A DNA stretch of 43,582 bases from Thermoplasmatota archaeon (GTDB lineage: Archaea; Thermoplasmatota; E2; JACPAO01; JAHFTW01), in contig JBMZMP010000002.1 in assembly GCA_049619235.1 (NCBI GenBank), positions 1 to 43,582 on the forward strand, given 5' to 3'. Both the position numbers and the translations under genes were made by a program. The notes below the pieces were generated by a model. That model did not search any database and had not been told where the DNA came from. It worked only from the letters and a program-made list of their open reading frames with translations. This document shows, in pieces, positions 27,879 through 36,508 of the stretch (positions are counted from its first letter, which is position 1; every line of letters begins with the position of its first letter).

Positions 27879-27978
27879 GCGACGGCATTTGGCCGGGGCG
27901 CAATAAAGGCGCGCAGTTGTTCACGCCTGCAGGGGCGGGTTGAAGCAGGTTCATATCCGCCGGGCCGGATGCGAAGCC

Positions 27979-28338
27979 ATGGTTTCCCTATTGACCTGGA
28001 TTTTGTCCGGGGTTCTTGCAGCGGCGTTCTTGATGGCTGGGTCCATGAAGGCGTTCCGCATCGAGAAAATGGCCGAACAAATGGACTGGGTGGACAACTT
28101 TGGACGAGACAAAGCCCGCATGCTCGGCTTCGCAGAAATGCTCGGTGCCCTCGGGCTCATCCTCCCCATCGCGTTGGGCGTCGCACCCATTCTGTCGGGT
28201 GTAGCAGCCGCTTGCTTGATGCTCCTCATGCTCGGCGCCGTCTTGAAGCACTTCCAATGGGATGACAAAAAGAACGCCGTGGCCCCCGCCATCCTCGGCC
28301 TCTTGTCCGGGTTCCTCGCGGCCACCCACTTCGCATGA
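27979..28338 (+). CDS. DoxX family membrane protein
   Basis: Four TM segments and FLMAGSMKAF / MLGFAEMLGALGLILP motifs. ATG at 27979 preferred over TTG at 27940. Confidence 0.75.
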   Translation: MVSLLTWILSGVLAAAFLMAGSMKAFRIEKMAEQMDWVDNFGRDKARMLGFAEMLGALGLILPIALGVAPILSGVAAACLMLLMLGAVLKHFQWDDKKNAVAPAILGLLSGFLAATHFA

Positions 28339-28751
28339 AGTACTGGGAGGCCCTGGCCGCAGGGGACGGAAAGGCAATGGCCGCGTGCTACGCGGAGGAC
28401 GCGGAGTTCCAAGACGAAGTGTTCCACTTGCACGGCGCAGACATTGGAACCATGTGGACCGGCTTGTTTCGCCCAGGCGCGGACGTGAAAGTCCAAACCC
28501 ACCCACTGCGGGAAACTGATGGCGTGATCACAGGAACCTGGGAAGCTTGGTACGCGTTCCAGGGCCGCCCCATTCACAACGTCATTCACTCCACATTCCT
28601 CGTGGAAGACGGCCTCATTGTGTCGCAACGGGACCGGTTCAATTTCTGGAAATGGACCCGCATGGCCCTCGGCTTGAAGGGGACCTTGCTTGGGTGGACG
28701 CCCATGGTTCGAAAAGCGGTGCAAAAACAAGCCATGAAACGCATCCAATGA
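28335..28751 (+). CDS. NTF2-like (SnoaL-type) domain protein
   Basis: N-terminus YWEALAAGDGKAMAACYAEDAEFQD is typical of SnoaL-like proteins. ATGA overlap with doxX. Confidence 0.7.
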   Translation: MKYWEALAAGDGKAMAACYAEDAEFQDEVFHLHGADIGTMWTGLFRPGADVKVQTHPLRETDGVITGTWEAWYAFQGRPIHNVIHSTFLVEDGLIVSQRDRFNFWKWTRMALGLKGTLLGWTPMVRKAVQKQAMKRIQ

Positions 28752-29437
28752 CGGACCGGCTCTGGATCACCGACCCCGCTCGAACCACGTGCCTTGCGGA
28801 AGTGGTGGAGGTGCGTGGCAACGAGTTCCGCGTGGACAAAGCGTTGTTTGCGCCGCGCTCCCGGGCCTGCCGCCACCCACAAAATCACGACAAAGGCACC
28901 GTCTGGATGGATGGGGAAAAGCGCCGGCTGCACTCCGTGCGGGACAACGGCGACGTTTGGTACGGCCTTCGCGGCACAACGCCCAACGTGGGGCAAACCT
29001 TGCAATGCCAACTGGACCAAGACACCCGCCAAGAAGCAAGCCGCGCGCATACCGCCATGCATTTGGTGATGCAACACGTTGACGTTCCCTTGCTTGAGGA
29101 CCCGGAAGTGAAAGGCGGCGGCCATTTCCGACTCACGTACGCATGGCCCGTTGATGTGGAACCAGCAATGCAGCAAGCGGTGCAGCAAGTGCAGGCGGAC
29201 ATGCTGGTGGAACGAACCTACGCCACTCGAGCCGCGGAGAAATACGTGAGCAAGCAACATTTCCAGCCCCCCGACCCAGTGCCCGGCCCGGAATTGCTTC
29301 CCTTGGTGAAAATTGGCGACCACTGCGTGCCATGCGACGGGAGCCACGTGGACCGCACGGGGCGCATCTCTGGCATCCAACTTCGGCACGCAGCCACCGG
29401 GAAATCCGGTTTCGTGGTCAGCTGCCGCGTGACCTAA
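28748..29437 (+). CDS. AlaX-like alanyl-tRNA editing domain protein (tRNA synthetase second additional domain)
   Basis: Zn-binding HTAMHL (HxxxH) and CDGSH (CxxxH) motifs. ATGA overlap with the upstream gene. The upstream 67 codons of the track ORF were discarded. Confidence 0.72.
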   Translation: MTDRLWITDPARTTCLAEVVEVRGNEFRVDKALFAPRSRACRHPQNHDKGTVWMDGEKRRLHSVRDNGDVWYGLRGTTPNVGQTLQCQLDQDTRQEASRAHTAMHLVMQHVDVPLLEDPEVKGGGHFRLTYAWPVDVEPAMQQAVQQVQADMLVERTYATRAAEKYVSKQHFQPPDPVPGPELLPLVKIGDHCVPCDGSHVDRTGRISGIQLRHAATGKSGFVVSCRVT

Positions 29438-29461
29438 AAACTCGAACGCGCACCCGGAACC

Positions 29462-30082
29462 ATGGAGGTGCACCGAGAACCCAACCCTCGCTTTGCGGAA
29501 CACGTTGCGGAAGCCATCCGGGTTCTCCAATTGCCAACGGAGGTGAGCGGATTGCATTACCACCCGTTCGGCGTGTACTCAGTTCCCCTTGCAAAGCGCA
29601 CCGACGAAGAAGGCACATGGAGTCGTCGTTTGCACCTTTGGCACCCGGAGGCAACCCCGGTCGGCGAAGCGTCCCCGTACGGCGTCCACACACATTCGGG
29701 GCCGGCGCGGAGCCACGTTTTGTACGGCTCCTTGTACCACCACTTGTACCAATTCGAAGCGGACGCGGCCGGGGTATGGCAACGGGCGTGCCTTGGGGAA
29801 CCGGAAGGCCGGGCCACGCTCCTTGACCACGTGTTTGCGGAAACGCGAACCGGCCAAACCCACTCCTTTCCAGCCAACCACGCGCATGGCGTGACGAAGC
29901 CTGACGGCTGGAGCATCAGTTTGTTTTCCCAGTTGGATGGACCCACGACGCAGGAATTCACAACGTGGCAGCGAACGGACGTATCCGCGGAACCGTTGCT
30001 TCGAAAGGGCCCCGTTCCGGTCACGGAAGTGGCACGGGATGCGTTGCTGTGCTTGGAAGGCAATGCCCCAAGGCAGCAGTAG
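29462..30082 (+). CDS. Hypothetical His-rich protein, possibly a cysteine-dioxygenase-like cupin
   Basis: VHTHSGPARSHVLYGSLYHHLY resembles the IHDH...VLxGxL cupin motif of the CDO-like family. A later His lies in ANHAHGV. Weak assignment. Confidence 0.5.
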   Translation: MEVHREPNPRFAEHVAEAIRVLQLPTEVSGLHYHPFGVYSVPLAKRTDEEGTWSRRLHLWHPEATPVGEASPYGVHTHSGPARSHVLYGSLYHHLYQFEADAAGVWQRACLGEPEGRATLLDHVFAETRTGQTHSFPANHAHGVTKPDGWSISLFSQLDGPTTQEFTTWQRTDVSAEPLLRKGPVPVTEVARDALLCLEGNAPRQQ

Positions 30083-30273
30083 CGCAAACGCTGCGACGGA
30101 AGTTGCTTGGAGCAACCCTGCGGCTTAGTGTTCCACTGGAGGCAATTCCATTGGTTGTTTTTCTTCCACGCGTGCTGCTTTCATGGCAGCTTCGAGAACC
30201 TCTTCACGCGTAGCTTGACGGCGACCAACCACGCATGGAGATGCATTGCGGGTCACATAAACGCTGTGCCCGG

Positions 30274-30660
30274 CTACAGAAGGCGGTCCAGTTTGTCAAA
30301 GCCGGCGTTCCAAGCAGCCAGCATGTGTTCGTTGCCGGCGGGATCGGTGCCGTACATGCGCAGGGTCATGTGGGTCTGGTCGCCGTCACCGGCAAGCAGC
30401 GTTTCCACAAGGAACGCTTTGTCCTTGGAGCCTTGCACCAAGCGGGCCGGCGCCTCCACTGCGTGGTACATGCCCTCGTCCAAGTGCTCGCCCATGAAAC
30501 GGCGGTACACGCCGCCCTCCTTGACGTCCATGACTTCTACCTTGCATTGTTCAGGGGTTGGCCCGTACCAGTCCCGCACCATGGCCGGGTCGGTCCAAGC
30601 CTGCCAAACCCGTTCCACGGGGGCGTCAAACACGCGGCGTTGCTCATAGGAAGGTTCCAT
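30274..30660 (-). CDS. SRPBCC / AHSA1 (Aha1-like) domain protein
   Basis: RVFDAPVERVWQAWTDPAMVRDWYGP is characteristic. ATG at 30660 preferred over TTG at 30669. Confidence 0.8.
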   Translation of the reverse strand: MEPSYEQRRVFDAPVERVWQAWTDPAMVRDWYGPTPEQCKVEVMDVKEGGVYRRFMGEHLDEGMYHAVEAPARLVQGSKDKAFLVETLLAGDGDQTHMTLRMYGTDPAGNEHMLAAWNAGFDKLDRLL

Positions 30661-30690
30661 GCACAACACCTGGCCGAGGAGGCCTTGAAG

Positions 30691-30915
30691 TTACCCCTTC
30701 ACGATTTTCGCCGCAAAACCCTGCGCTTTGCTCCCCGCCGCGAAATCAAACACGTGCTCCTTGTACAGAATCGTCAACAACGTGCCACGAGCCTCCGCGC
30801 TCAATTGGGAAAACGGCACCTTCGCTTTCACAGCGCCCCGAAAGACCACTTGGTCCGCTTGGATGTCCGCCTTCACCAAGGCCCCGGTGCCACGTTGTTT
30901 GCCAGTGAGTTCCAT
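30691..30915 (-). CDS. Small hypothetical protein (74 aa)
   Basis: Start MELTGKQRG. Its ATG overlaps the stop of the upstream micro-ORF as TGATG (30913..30917). Confidence 0.45.
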   Translation of the reverse strand: MELTGKQRGTGALVKADIQADQVVFRGAVKAKVPFSQLSAEARGTLLTILYKEHVFDFAAGSKAQGFAAKIVKG

Positions 30916-31088
30916 CAGCAACTCGCGCAGCAGTCGCAGTCGCAGTCCTCTTTGTCGAAATGGACCGCCGCCATGAACTCCTGCATTTCTTGATCGCTGA
31001 CCGGCGTGGAGTGCTTCATCTCCCACGCATCAATCAGTTCCTGCAATTCGTCCTCGTGGCAAAAGGCGCGGGGAAATTCGTCTTCCAT
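30915..31088 (-). CDS. Acidic 57-aa micro-protein with a Cys-rich C-terminus (…FDKEDCDCDCCASC)
   Basis: ATG at 31088, 53 nt downstream of the DUF2200 stop. It is part of the composite track ORF 30915..31496. Coupled to the next ORF. Confidence 0.4.
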   Translation of the reverse strand: MEDEFPRAFCHEDELQELIDAWEMKHSTPVSDQEMQEFMAAVHFDKEDCDCDCCASC

Positions 31089-31141
31089 GGCGCGGCGACG
31101 TGAGCGCAAGTTGAAGAGTTTCACGCTCTCCCCAGATTTCC

Positions 31142-31486
31142 CTAGGCTCGCAGCACTTTCTCCAATGCCTTCCCTCGGGCCAATTCGTCCACGAGCTTGT
31201 CCAGGTAGCGAATTTCCCGCATCAACGGGTCCTCCACTTCCTCCACTCGAACGCCGCAAACGACGCCCTTGATCAGTTCCCGGCCAGGGTTGAGTTTGGC
31301 CTCCGCGAAGAACGTGGTGAAGTCCACGTTTTTCTCCACTTGTGCCTCCAACTCGGCTTGGGTGTACCCGGTCAGCCAACGAATCACTTCGTCCACTTCG
31401 TCCTTCGTCCGGCCCTTCTTCTCGGCCTTCTGCACGTACAACGGGTACACTTTCGAGAACGCCATGGTGAAGATGTTGTGGGCCAT
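31142..31486 (-). CDS. DUF2200 family protein
   Basis: [34 protein letters not shown] matches the conserved DUF2200 N-terminus as I remember it. Confidence 0.85.
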   Translation of the reverse strand: MAHNIFTMAFSKVYPLYVQKAEKKGRTKDEVDEVIRWLTGYTQAELEAQVEKNVDFTTFFAEAKLNPGRELIKGVVCGVRVEEVEDPLMREIRYLDKLVDELARGKALEKVLRA

Positions 31487-31511
31487 GCCTCGTCAAAGGC
31501 GGCGCGCCATT

Positions 31512-31907
31512 TCAACGCAGTCGTTCGAGGCGGCCCTTGCGTTTGACGATGTTCTTGTAATCCCATTGTACGTCTCGGGATTCCGCTAGCCACCCCCGAA
31601 GCGCCGACTCGTCAACGTCCTCCAGAGCCACATAACGCAGCTCGCTGGCTTTGAAACTCCCGGTCGCTTGCATGCCCGGCGTCGGGAAGGATTGGCCACT
31701 CCAAAACAAGAGTCGGACACAATCTTTCAGTTTGTCGTAGCCCACAATCGGGTTGCCATCCAGGAACCAAACCGGGTGGCCGTGCCACACCTTGCTCTCC
31801 GCGTTCGGCAATTCAGAACCGATGATGTGCGCCAGTCGTTTGCAAATGGCTGCGTCCGCGGGGGCTTGCCGTTCGTGGTACGCGACAACGGCGGGGTCAA
31901 TATTCAT
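31512..31907 (-). CDS. DUF1801 (YdhG-like) domain protein
   Basis: Family-like pattern (ICKRLAHII...ESKVWHGHPVWFLDGNPIVGY). Confidence 0.78.
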   Translation of the reverse strand: MNIDPAVVAYHERQAPADAAICKRLAHIIGSELPNAESKVWHGHPVWFLDGNPIVGYDKLKDCVRLLFWSGQSFPTPGMQATGSFKASELRYVALEDVDESALRGWLAESRDVQWDYKNIVKRKGRLERLR

Positions 31908-32517
31908 TGGCGCCTTTTCCAGACAAGATCTTGGGCCGCAACTTCTCGATGCGATTCACGCGGGTCTCGGACTTCTTTGCCCCGCCGATGACGATGGCGT
32001 AGCTGCGCTGGCGGCCGGGGGTGAGCGCGTGGAACGCTTCCGCCATTTCCGGGTCCGCGTCCATTGCTTCCACCAATTCCTCCGGGAGCTCCAAGTCCCT
32101 TTCCACCTTCGGAGCCTTGATGCCTGCCTCTGCGTAGCCCATCGCCTCCGCAAGGTACGAGCGAAGGGTGTCCGCCATCTCCTGCACTTGGCCGGGTCGC
32201 GTGAAGCGAATGGAATCTGGATTCTGGGTGTTGGGCCCCTGCCGTTCCATGACCCCCTCGGGGTCCTTCATCAACGCGGCGTTGAAGAAATTCAATCGGA
32301 AATCGCCCTGCAACGCGCCAATCAAGACGATGTTCCGGCCGGCGTGCATGTAGCAAGGATGGCCCCATTTCACGTGCTCAGACATGCCCGCCTGGCGGCA
32401 CAATGCACGCAGAAACACCAGCCCGTCGTTCCAAACCATGGCGGAACACTGCGGCGTGTCAAACCGGTCGCAGCGGCCGCAGCCCCGGGTGAAGAAATCT
32501 TCAATGTCAGTGATCAT
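31897..32517 (-). CDS. YdeI/OmpD-associated family protein (DUF1801-like N-domain plus YdeI C-domain)
   Basis: FFTRGCGRCDRF... N-terminal Cys motif and a C-terminal LTPGRQRSYAIVIGGAKKSETRVNRIEK typical of YdeI. Confidence 0.8.
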   Translation of the reverse strand: MITDIEDFFTRGCGRCDRFDTPQCSAMVWNDGLVFLRALCRQAGMSEHVKWGHPCYMHAGRNIVLIGALQGDFRLNFFNAALMKDPEGVMERQGPNTQNPDSIRFTRPGQVQEMADTLRSYLAEAMGYAEAGIKAPKVERDLELPEELVEAMDADPEMAEAFHALTPGRQRSYAIVIGGAKKSETRVNRIEKLRPKILSGKGANEY

Positions 32518-32954
32518 TCACAGGCTGCCTTGATGTCTTCCAAGTCGTCCATGATGGATTTCATGAGCGGTTTCTTGGCCATCCAGCCAGTGAGCGCCCA
32601 CATGACTTTGGCGCCGAACGTCACGGCTTGGCCGTCGAAGCTCATGGTCAATTTGCTGCCGCTGCCATCCGGCTCCACGGCCATGGTGGACTTGTAAATG
32701 GCACCGTGGCTTTCGGCCCGGGTCTCGTACCATTGCCCCTCCACCGCGTCCGTGATCCACATGGTTTCCGTGGCTTCCTTTCCTGCGAACTTGCGGGTCT
32801 CTTTCCATTTCAAACCCACAAGCGGGGCCCCTTCTTCGAGAACTTCCGCGTGGATGATTCCGGAGATGCGCTCTTCACAACCGTGGATGTCCGTGATGAC
32901 CTCCCAGAGTTTCTTCGTCGGGGCATCGATGTGCAGGGAGCCAGAGACTTGCAT
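32514..32954 (-). CDS. SRPBCC family protein
   Basis: Start MQVSGSLHIDAPTKKLWEVITDIHG. ATGA overlap with the ydeI-like gene. Confidence 0.8.
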   Translation of the reverse strand: MQVSGSLHIDAPTKKLWEVITDIHGCEERISGIIHAEVLEEGAPLVGLKWKETRKFAGKEATETMWITDAVEGQWYETRAESHGAIYKSTMAVEPDGSGSKLTMSFDGQAVTFGAKVMWALTGWMAKKPLMKSIMDDLEDIKAACE

Positions 32955-33004
32955 GCCCTTGGATGGGGCGCGTTGCTGAAAAACCTCGCCGCGAGACCGC
33001 AGGG

Positions 33005-33418
33005 CTACACTTGCTGGCTGGCGGCGCATTGGGCGAAGCTGTCCAGGATGGACTGCCAACCCATGCGTTGCATTTCCGGGTCGTTCTCCGTTTCCGCGTC
33101 GAAGGTTTGCCGGATGTGCGTCCCCTCGGCGCCGGGTTCGAGGAGCAATTCCACCATGCGGTCGTCGTCCAATTTGTACGCCAATCGGCGGGGGGCCTCT
33201 ACGGCCGTGAACGTGGCCGCGAAGTCAAAACCCATGGAGCCATCCTTTGCTTCCATTCGGCTCGACATGCGACCACCAACTTTGAGGTCCACCTCGGCGC
33301 TTGGGCAGTGCCAGTCGGGGCTGGCGGCGTTCCATTGCATGATTGCCGCTGGCGTGGTTGCCGCGGCCCAGCATTGCTCCGGCGTGGCCGCCGTGTCGGC
33401 TTCAATGGTGATTTTCAT
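33005..33418 (-). CDS. SRPBCC / AHSA1 domain protein
   Basis: MKITIEADTAATPEQCWAAATTPAAIMQWN and an AHSA1-like core. Confidence 0.8.
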   Translation of the reverse strand: MKITIEADTAATPEQCWAAATTPAAIMQWNAASPDWHCPSAEVDLKVGGRMSSRMEAKDGSMGFDFAATFTAVEAPRRLAYKLDDDRMVELLLEPGAEGTHIRQTFDAETENDPEMQRMGWQSILDSFAQCAASQQV

Positions 33419-33481
33419 GGCAAGCCATTTGGCCGGGAGTTCAAGAAGTTGACAGTTTGGCGTGCGTTGGAGAGCTGGCCA

Positions 33482-33907
33482 TCAAGGGCGTTCCCAACTT
33501 TCAACGTCACCCGGAACCACCTTGAATAGGGGGTGTGGCAACAATTCTCCAGGGAGTGGCAATCGGGCCAGGCGCGTCGGGTCCCGGACCAACAATTTCC
33601 CTGCCAAATGGTCCCGTTCGAACGCCAATTGTCCGATGGTGACCGGGACGCGGGCGGCCTCGCCCTCGGTGAACTTTGCTGCGTTGAAGTTGTACCCTCT
33701 CCGCACGGATTCCTCGAAAAGGCCAGCCAAGTAGGCGTCAATGGCCGCCACTGGGCCCGGCTGCGCGTTAAATCGTTCCAATTGAGGGTGCTGGGTGTAA
33801 CCGCGGGTTTCACCTCGTAGCACCGCTTTTGCAAGCAACGCTTCACGCCACCCCGCCACCAAACCCTTGCTGTCGAGGTATTTCGGGTGAAGGCTCCACA
33901 AGCGCAT
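33482..33907 (-). CDS. Pyrimidine dimer DNA glycosylase / endonuclease V family protein
   Basis: N-terminus MRLWSLHPKYLDSKGLVAGWREALLAKAVL is the hallmark of this family. Internal ATG start at 33907. Confidence 0.85.
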   Translation of the reverse strand: MRLWSLHPKYLDSKGLVAGWREALLAKAVLRGETRGYTQHPQLERFNAQPGPVAAIDAYLAGLFEESVRRGYNFNAAKFTEGEAARVPVTIGQLAFERDHLAGKLLVRDPTRLARLPLPGELLPHPLFKVVPGDVESWERP

Positions 33908-34030
33908 GGTTAGTTGAGCCGCCCTCCACGCACGAACCCACTTTCTACTTTCACGCACCACAACAGGGCCCTCGCTACAAAACGTTGCGTTCAGGGGTGC
34001 GTTGAAGTCCAGTCAACGACTCCTACGGTT

Positions 34031-34801
34031 GTGCCCAACGAGGACCTCGGCCAGCATTTGCTCACGGACGCCGACGTCATTTCCCGCGTGGTCAATGCTG
34101 CAAAACTCCTGCCCGGCGACACGGTCCTCGACGGGGGCGCTGGGGCGGGTGCCTTGACGCGGCCCATCGCGGCTGCCGTGGCGCCGGGCAAAGTGTACGC
34201 CGTGGACGTGGACCCGCGCATGGTGAAGCGTCTGAACCAGAAACCCATTCGGGGCACGACCGTGGTGGAGGCAGACTTGCTGGAGTGGCCGCTTCCGGAA
34301 CTGGACGCGGTGGTGGCGAACCCGCCGTTCAAGATTGCCGCCCCGTTCATTGAACGCGTGGCCCACGTGCCTCGTGGCGTGTACGTGCTGCCCCGGGAAC
34401 TTGCGGATCGTCTCGCGGCGAAGCCTGGCACGAAGAACTACGGGAAATTGACGATTCGCGTGGCCTTGCAAGCCGACGTGGACGACCTTGGGTACGTGCC
34501 ACGAAAAGCGTTCACGCCGCCACCTGGCGTCACGTGTGGCATCATCCGCTTGCGTGCCAGAGAGCCCATTGCCGCGGATTCGTTGATGCTGGACGCGGTG
34601 TTGGACGCCGCGTGGGCCGCGTGGGAGCGAAAAGCACGGCACGCATTTGCCCCACTCGCACCCTTGTTCCGGGCCGACGGCGCGGCACTCGCCTCATTCC
34701 TGAAAGAACATGGTTGGGCCGAACCGAAGACCCATTCGCTCCCACCGGAAGCCTTTGCCGCGGTGGCGCAGCATTTGTCCGCGGGGCGGAACGACTCGTA
34801 G
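34031..34801 (+). CDS. rsmA: 16S/18S rRNA (adenine-N6,N6)-dimethyltransferase
   Basis: LGQHLL, the SAM motif VLDGGAGAGALT, and VVANPPF. GTG at 34031 preferred. The alternative TTG at 33914 would leave only 6 nt to the divergent gene. Confidence 0.85.
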   Translation: MPNEDLGQHLLTDADVISRVVNAAKLLPGDTVLDGGAGAGALTRPIAAAVAPGKVYAVDVDPRMVKRLNQKPIRGTTVVEADLLEWPLPELDAVVANPPFKIAAPFIERVAHVPRGVYVLPRELADRLAAKPGTKNYGKLTIRVALQADVDDLGYVPRKAFTPPPGVTCGIIRLRAREPIAADSLMLDAVLDAAWAAWERKARHAFAPLAPLFRADGAALASFLKEHGWAEPKTHSLPPEAFAAVAQHLSAGRNDS

Positions 34802-34844
34802 CGCTTGTTGTTCGCGTTGCCAATTCGCCACTTGGTCAGCTTGA

Positions 34845-35234
34845 TCAATGGGGGCCGGGGCCCGATTCGCGCTCCTTCTTGCGGCGAAGTGCCGAGCCGG
34901 CAACATAGCCAAGCAGCCCAAGCAAGCTGCCCAGGGCGGTGCTCACGACCCCGAGCGCGAACCAGCTCCGATCCACACCAGGCAAAAACGCAAGCGCAGC
35001 AACTTGCCCAAGCCAAGCCCCAAGGTACGCATACCGGGCCTGGCCCGGGATGAAGAACCCAAGCACGGCGGCGGGTACCATGAGCCCAAGCACGTACAAC
35101 CAGAAATGTGAGTCCCACGGCTCAGCCGAATTGGAGAACGTCGAGGAGATGGCCCAAACGGCAAAGGCGGATGCGAAACCCGCGCCGGCGCACACACTTG
35201 CCGGTATGCGTCCTTTTGCGGGCCCGAGGTTCAT
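34845..35234 (-). CDS. Small integral membrane protein
   Basis: Four hydrophobic segments. ATGA overlap with the upstream DUF3754-like gene. Confidence 0.6.
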   Translation of the reverse strand: MNLGPAKGRIPASVCAGAGFASAFAVWAISSTFSNSAEPWDSHFWLYVLGLMVPAAVLGFFIPGQARYAYLGAWLGQVAALAFLPGVDRSWFALGVVSTALGSLLGLLGYVAGSALRRKKERESGPGPH

Positions 35235-36406
35235 GGCGAAATTTCTCCAGCCCAAAGCTTCACCAATCGTTTGCCGGCCTTTCGAACCGGCAACGCTTGC
35301 AGCGCGTCGCCTCCCGCCGACACGATGCCCCAACGCGTGAGGTTTTCCACGGCGCCTTTGACGTCAAAGTCCGATTGCCGGCCGCTACCGTTGCGAATCC
35401 ACGCCTCCGCCGCTTTATCCAACGCGGATTTGGGCATGGGGCCTTTTGCTTCGAGGATGTGGTATGCAAGCAGGGCTTCCTTTTCGTCGCTGTCTCGCGC
35501 GAAGGCGAGCAGTTGATGGAGGACGCTGCGGTTGTTTGCAAGGTTGAGGAAATAGAGCCCTTGGCTGAGGGTTTGCATGTACCGAAGGCGCGTGGTTTTC
35601 ACCTTGTTGTGGGTCTTCCATAGGTACCCGCCAAGCACCACCAGCACACCCCCAAGTGCCTTCAGGCGGGGGTCGTCGAGGGAGAGCGCAAACGCGCCGG
35701 ACGCAACGGCCGCGAGGATGCCGATGCTTTGGAAAATGGTCCAACCGATGCCCGCCACCACGGGGCCACCAATCATGGCTCGGTCCAATCCGCGGAGCTT
35801 GAGCTTGGTGTTCGGAAGCACCATTTCCACGTCGTTTTGTGGAATGTTCTTGAACAGCTTCAGGTAAATTTGGCCATGCCGCATGGAGCTCGTGCGGGCC
35901 GTTGCTTCCTCGAGCGCATCTGGTTTCAGGCGCAAAATGATCACGAGTCGCTCCCAGACGTGAATGGTGTTGACTTTCTCCTTCCAAAGCGTTCTCCATC
36001 CCTTCTCCGTTTCCTCCACGTCGCGCTGACCGCGGCGGTACAGCCTCAGAATTTCGTAGCCGGAGGTGTCCACGTGGGGTAGGAGCGGGAACAGGCTGCT
36101 TGCGTTCAGGGCCGCCTCCAATTCGTCGTCCGTGACGCGGCGGAAGTTGGCGGCCGTCAAGACTTCCTCGGCGTGTTCCAGGAACGCTTCCTCGGATGCA
36201 CTTCCATGCACGCCTTCCGCCTCCGGGTCGGGGTCGAACGGGGCGTAGGTTTCACGAAGCACCTCCGCGCGTTCATCCGCTTCGAATCGAATGACGTGGT
36301 GAATGAGGCGCGCCAATTCGTCAAAGTCCTCGCTGCTTCTTTCGCCCTGGATCTTCTGCACCAAGTCCTGCCTGCGAAGGGGAATGAAGTGGCTGCGTTC
36401 GCTCAT
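35231..36406 (-). CDS. DUF3754 (TMEM143-like) domain membrane protein
   Basis: FIPLRRQDL..., YAPFDPDPE and LKLFKNIPQNDVEMVLPNTKLKL followed by two TM segments fit my memory of the DUF3754 pattern. Start at MSERSHF. Confidence 0.7.
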   Translation of the reverse strand: MSERSHFIPLRRQDLVQKIQGERSSEDFDELARLIHHVIRFEADERAEVLRETYAPFDPDPEAEGVHGSASEEAFLEHAEEVLTAANFRRVTDDELEAALNASSLFPLLPHVDTSGYEILRLYRRGQRDVEETEKGWRTLWKEKVNTIHVWERLVIILRLKPDALEEATARTSSMRHGQIYLKLFKNIPQNDVEMVLPNTKLKLRGLDRAMIGGPVVAGIGWTIFQSIGILAAVASGAFALSLDDPRLKALGGVLVVLGGYLWKTHNKVKTTRLRYMQTLSQGLYFLNLANNRSVLHQLLAFARDSDEKEALLAYHILEAKGPMPKSALDKAAEAWIRNGSGRQSDFDVKGAVENLTRWGIVSAGGDALQALPVRKAGKRLVKLWAGEISP

Positions 36407-36479
36407 GGTCTTGGAACCACGGCGGGGTTCAAAGGGTTGGGCGTGCGGATGGCCTACCACGTGAGTGCATCGTCCGCAG

Positions 36480-36488
36480 TTTAGTAAT
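36480..36488 (+). promoter_or_regulatory. TATA-like box TTTAGTAAT
   Basis: Centred 25 nt upstream of ATG 36509. Confidence 0.4.
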
Positions 36489-36508
36489 CCCTGCACGCTA
36501 CGCATGCA

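Noticed and set aside
30125-30256. Possible 44-codon minus-strand ORF (GTG…VVGRRQATREEVLEAAMKAARVEEKQPMELPPVEH*) in the 190-nt gap between 30082 and 30274
   Set aside because: It is too short, starts with GTG and has no recognisable motif or coupling signal. It is noted only because the gap is otherwise unexplained.
30915-31496. 193-aa composite ORF
   Set aside because: Its upstream two thirds overlap the well-supported DUF2200 gene in another frame and look like a GC shadow. Only the last 57 codons, from ATG 31088, were kept as a tentative micro-ORF.
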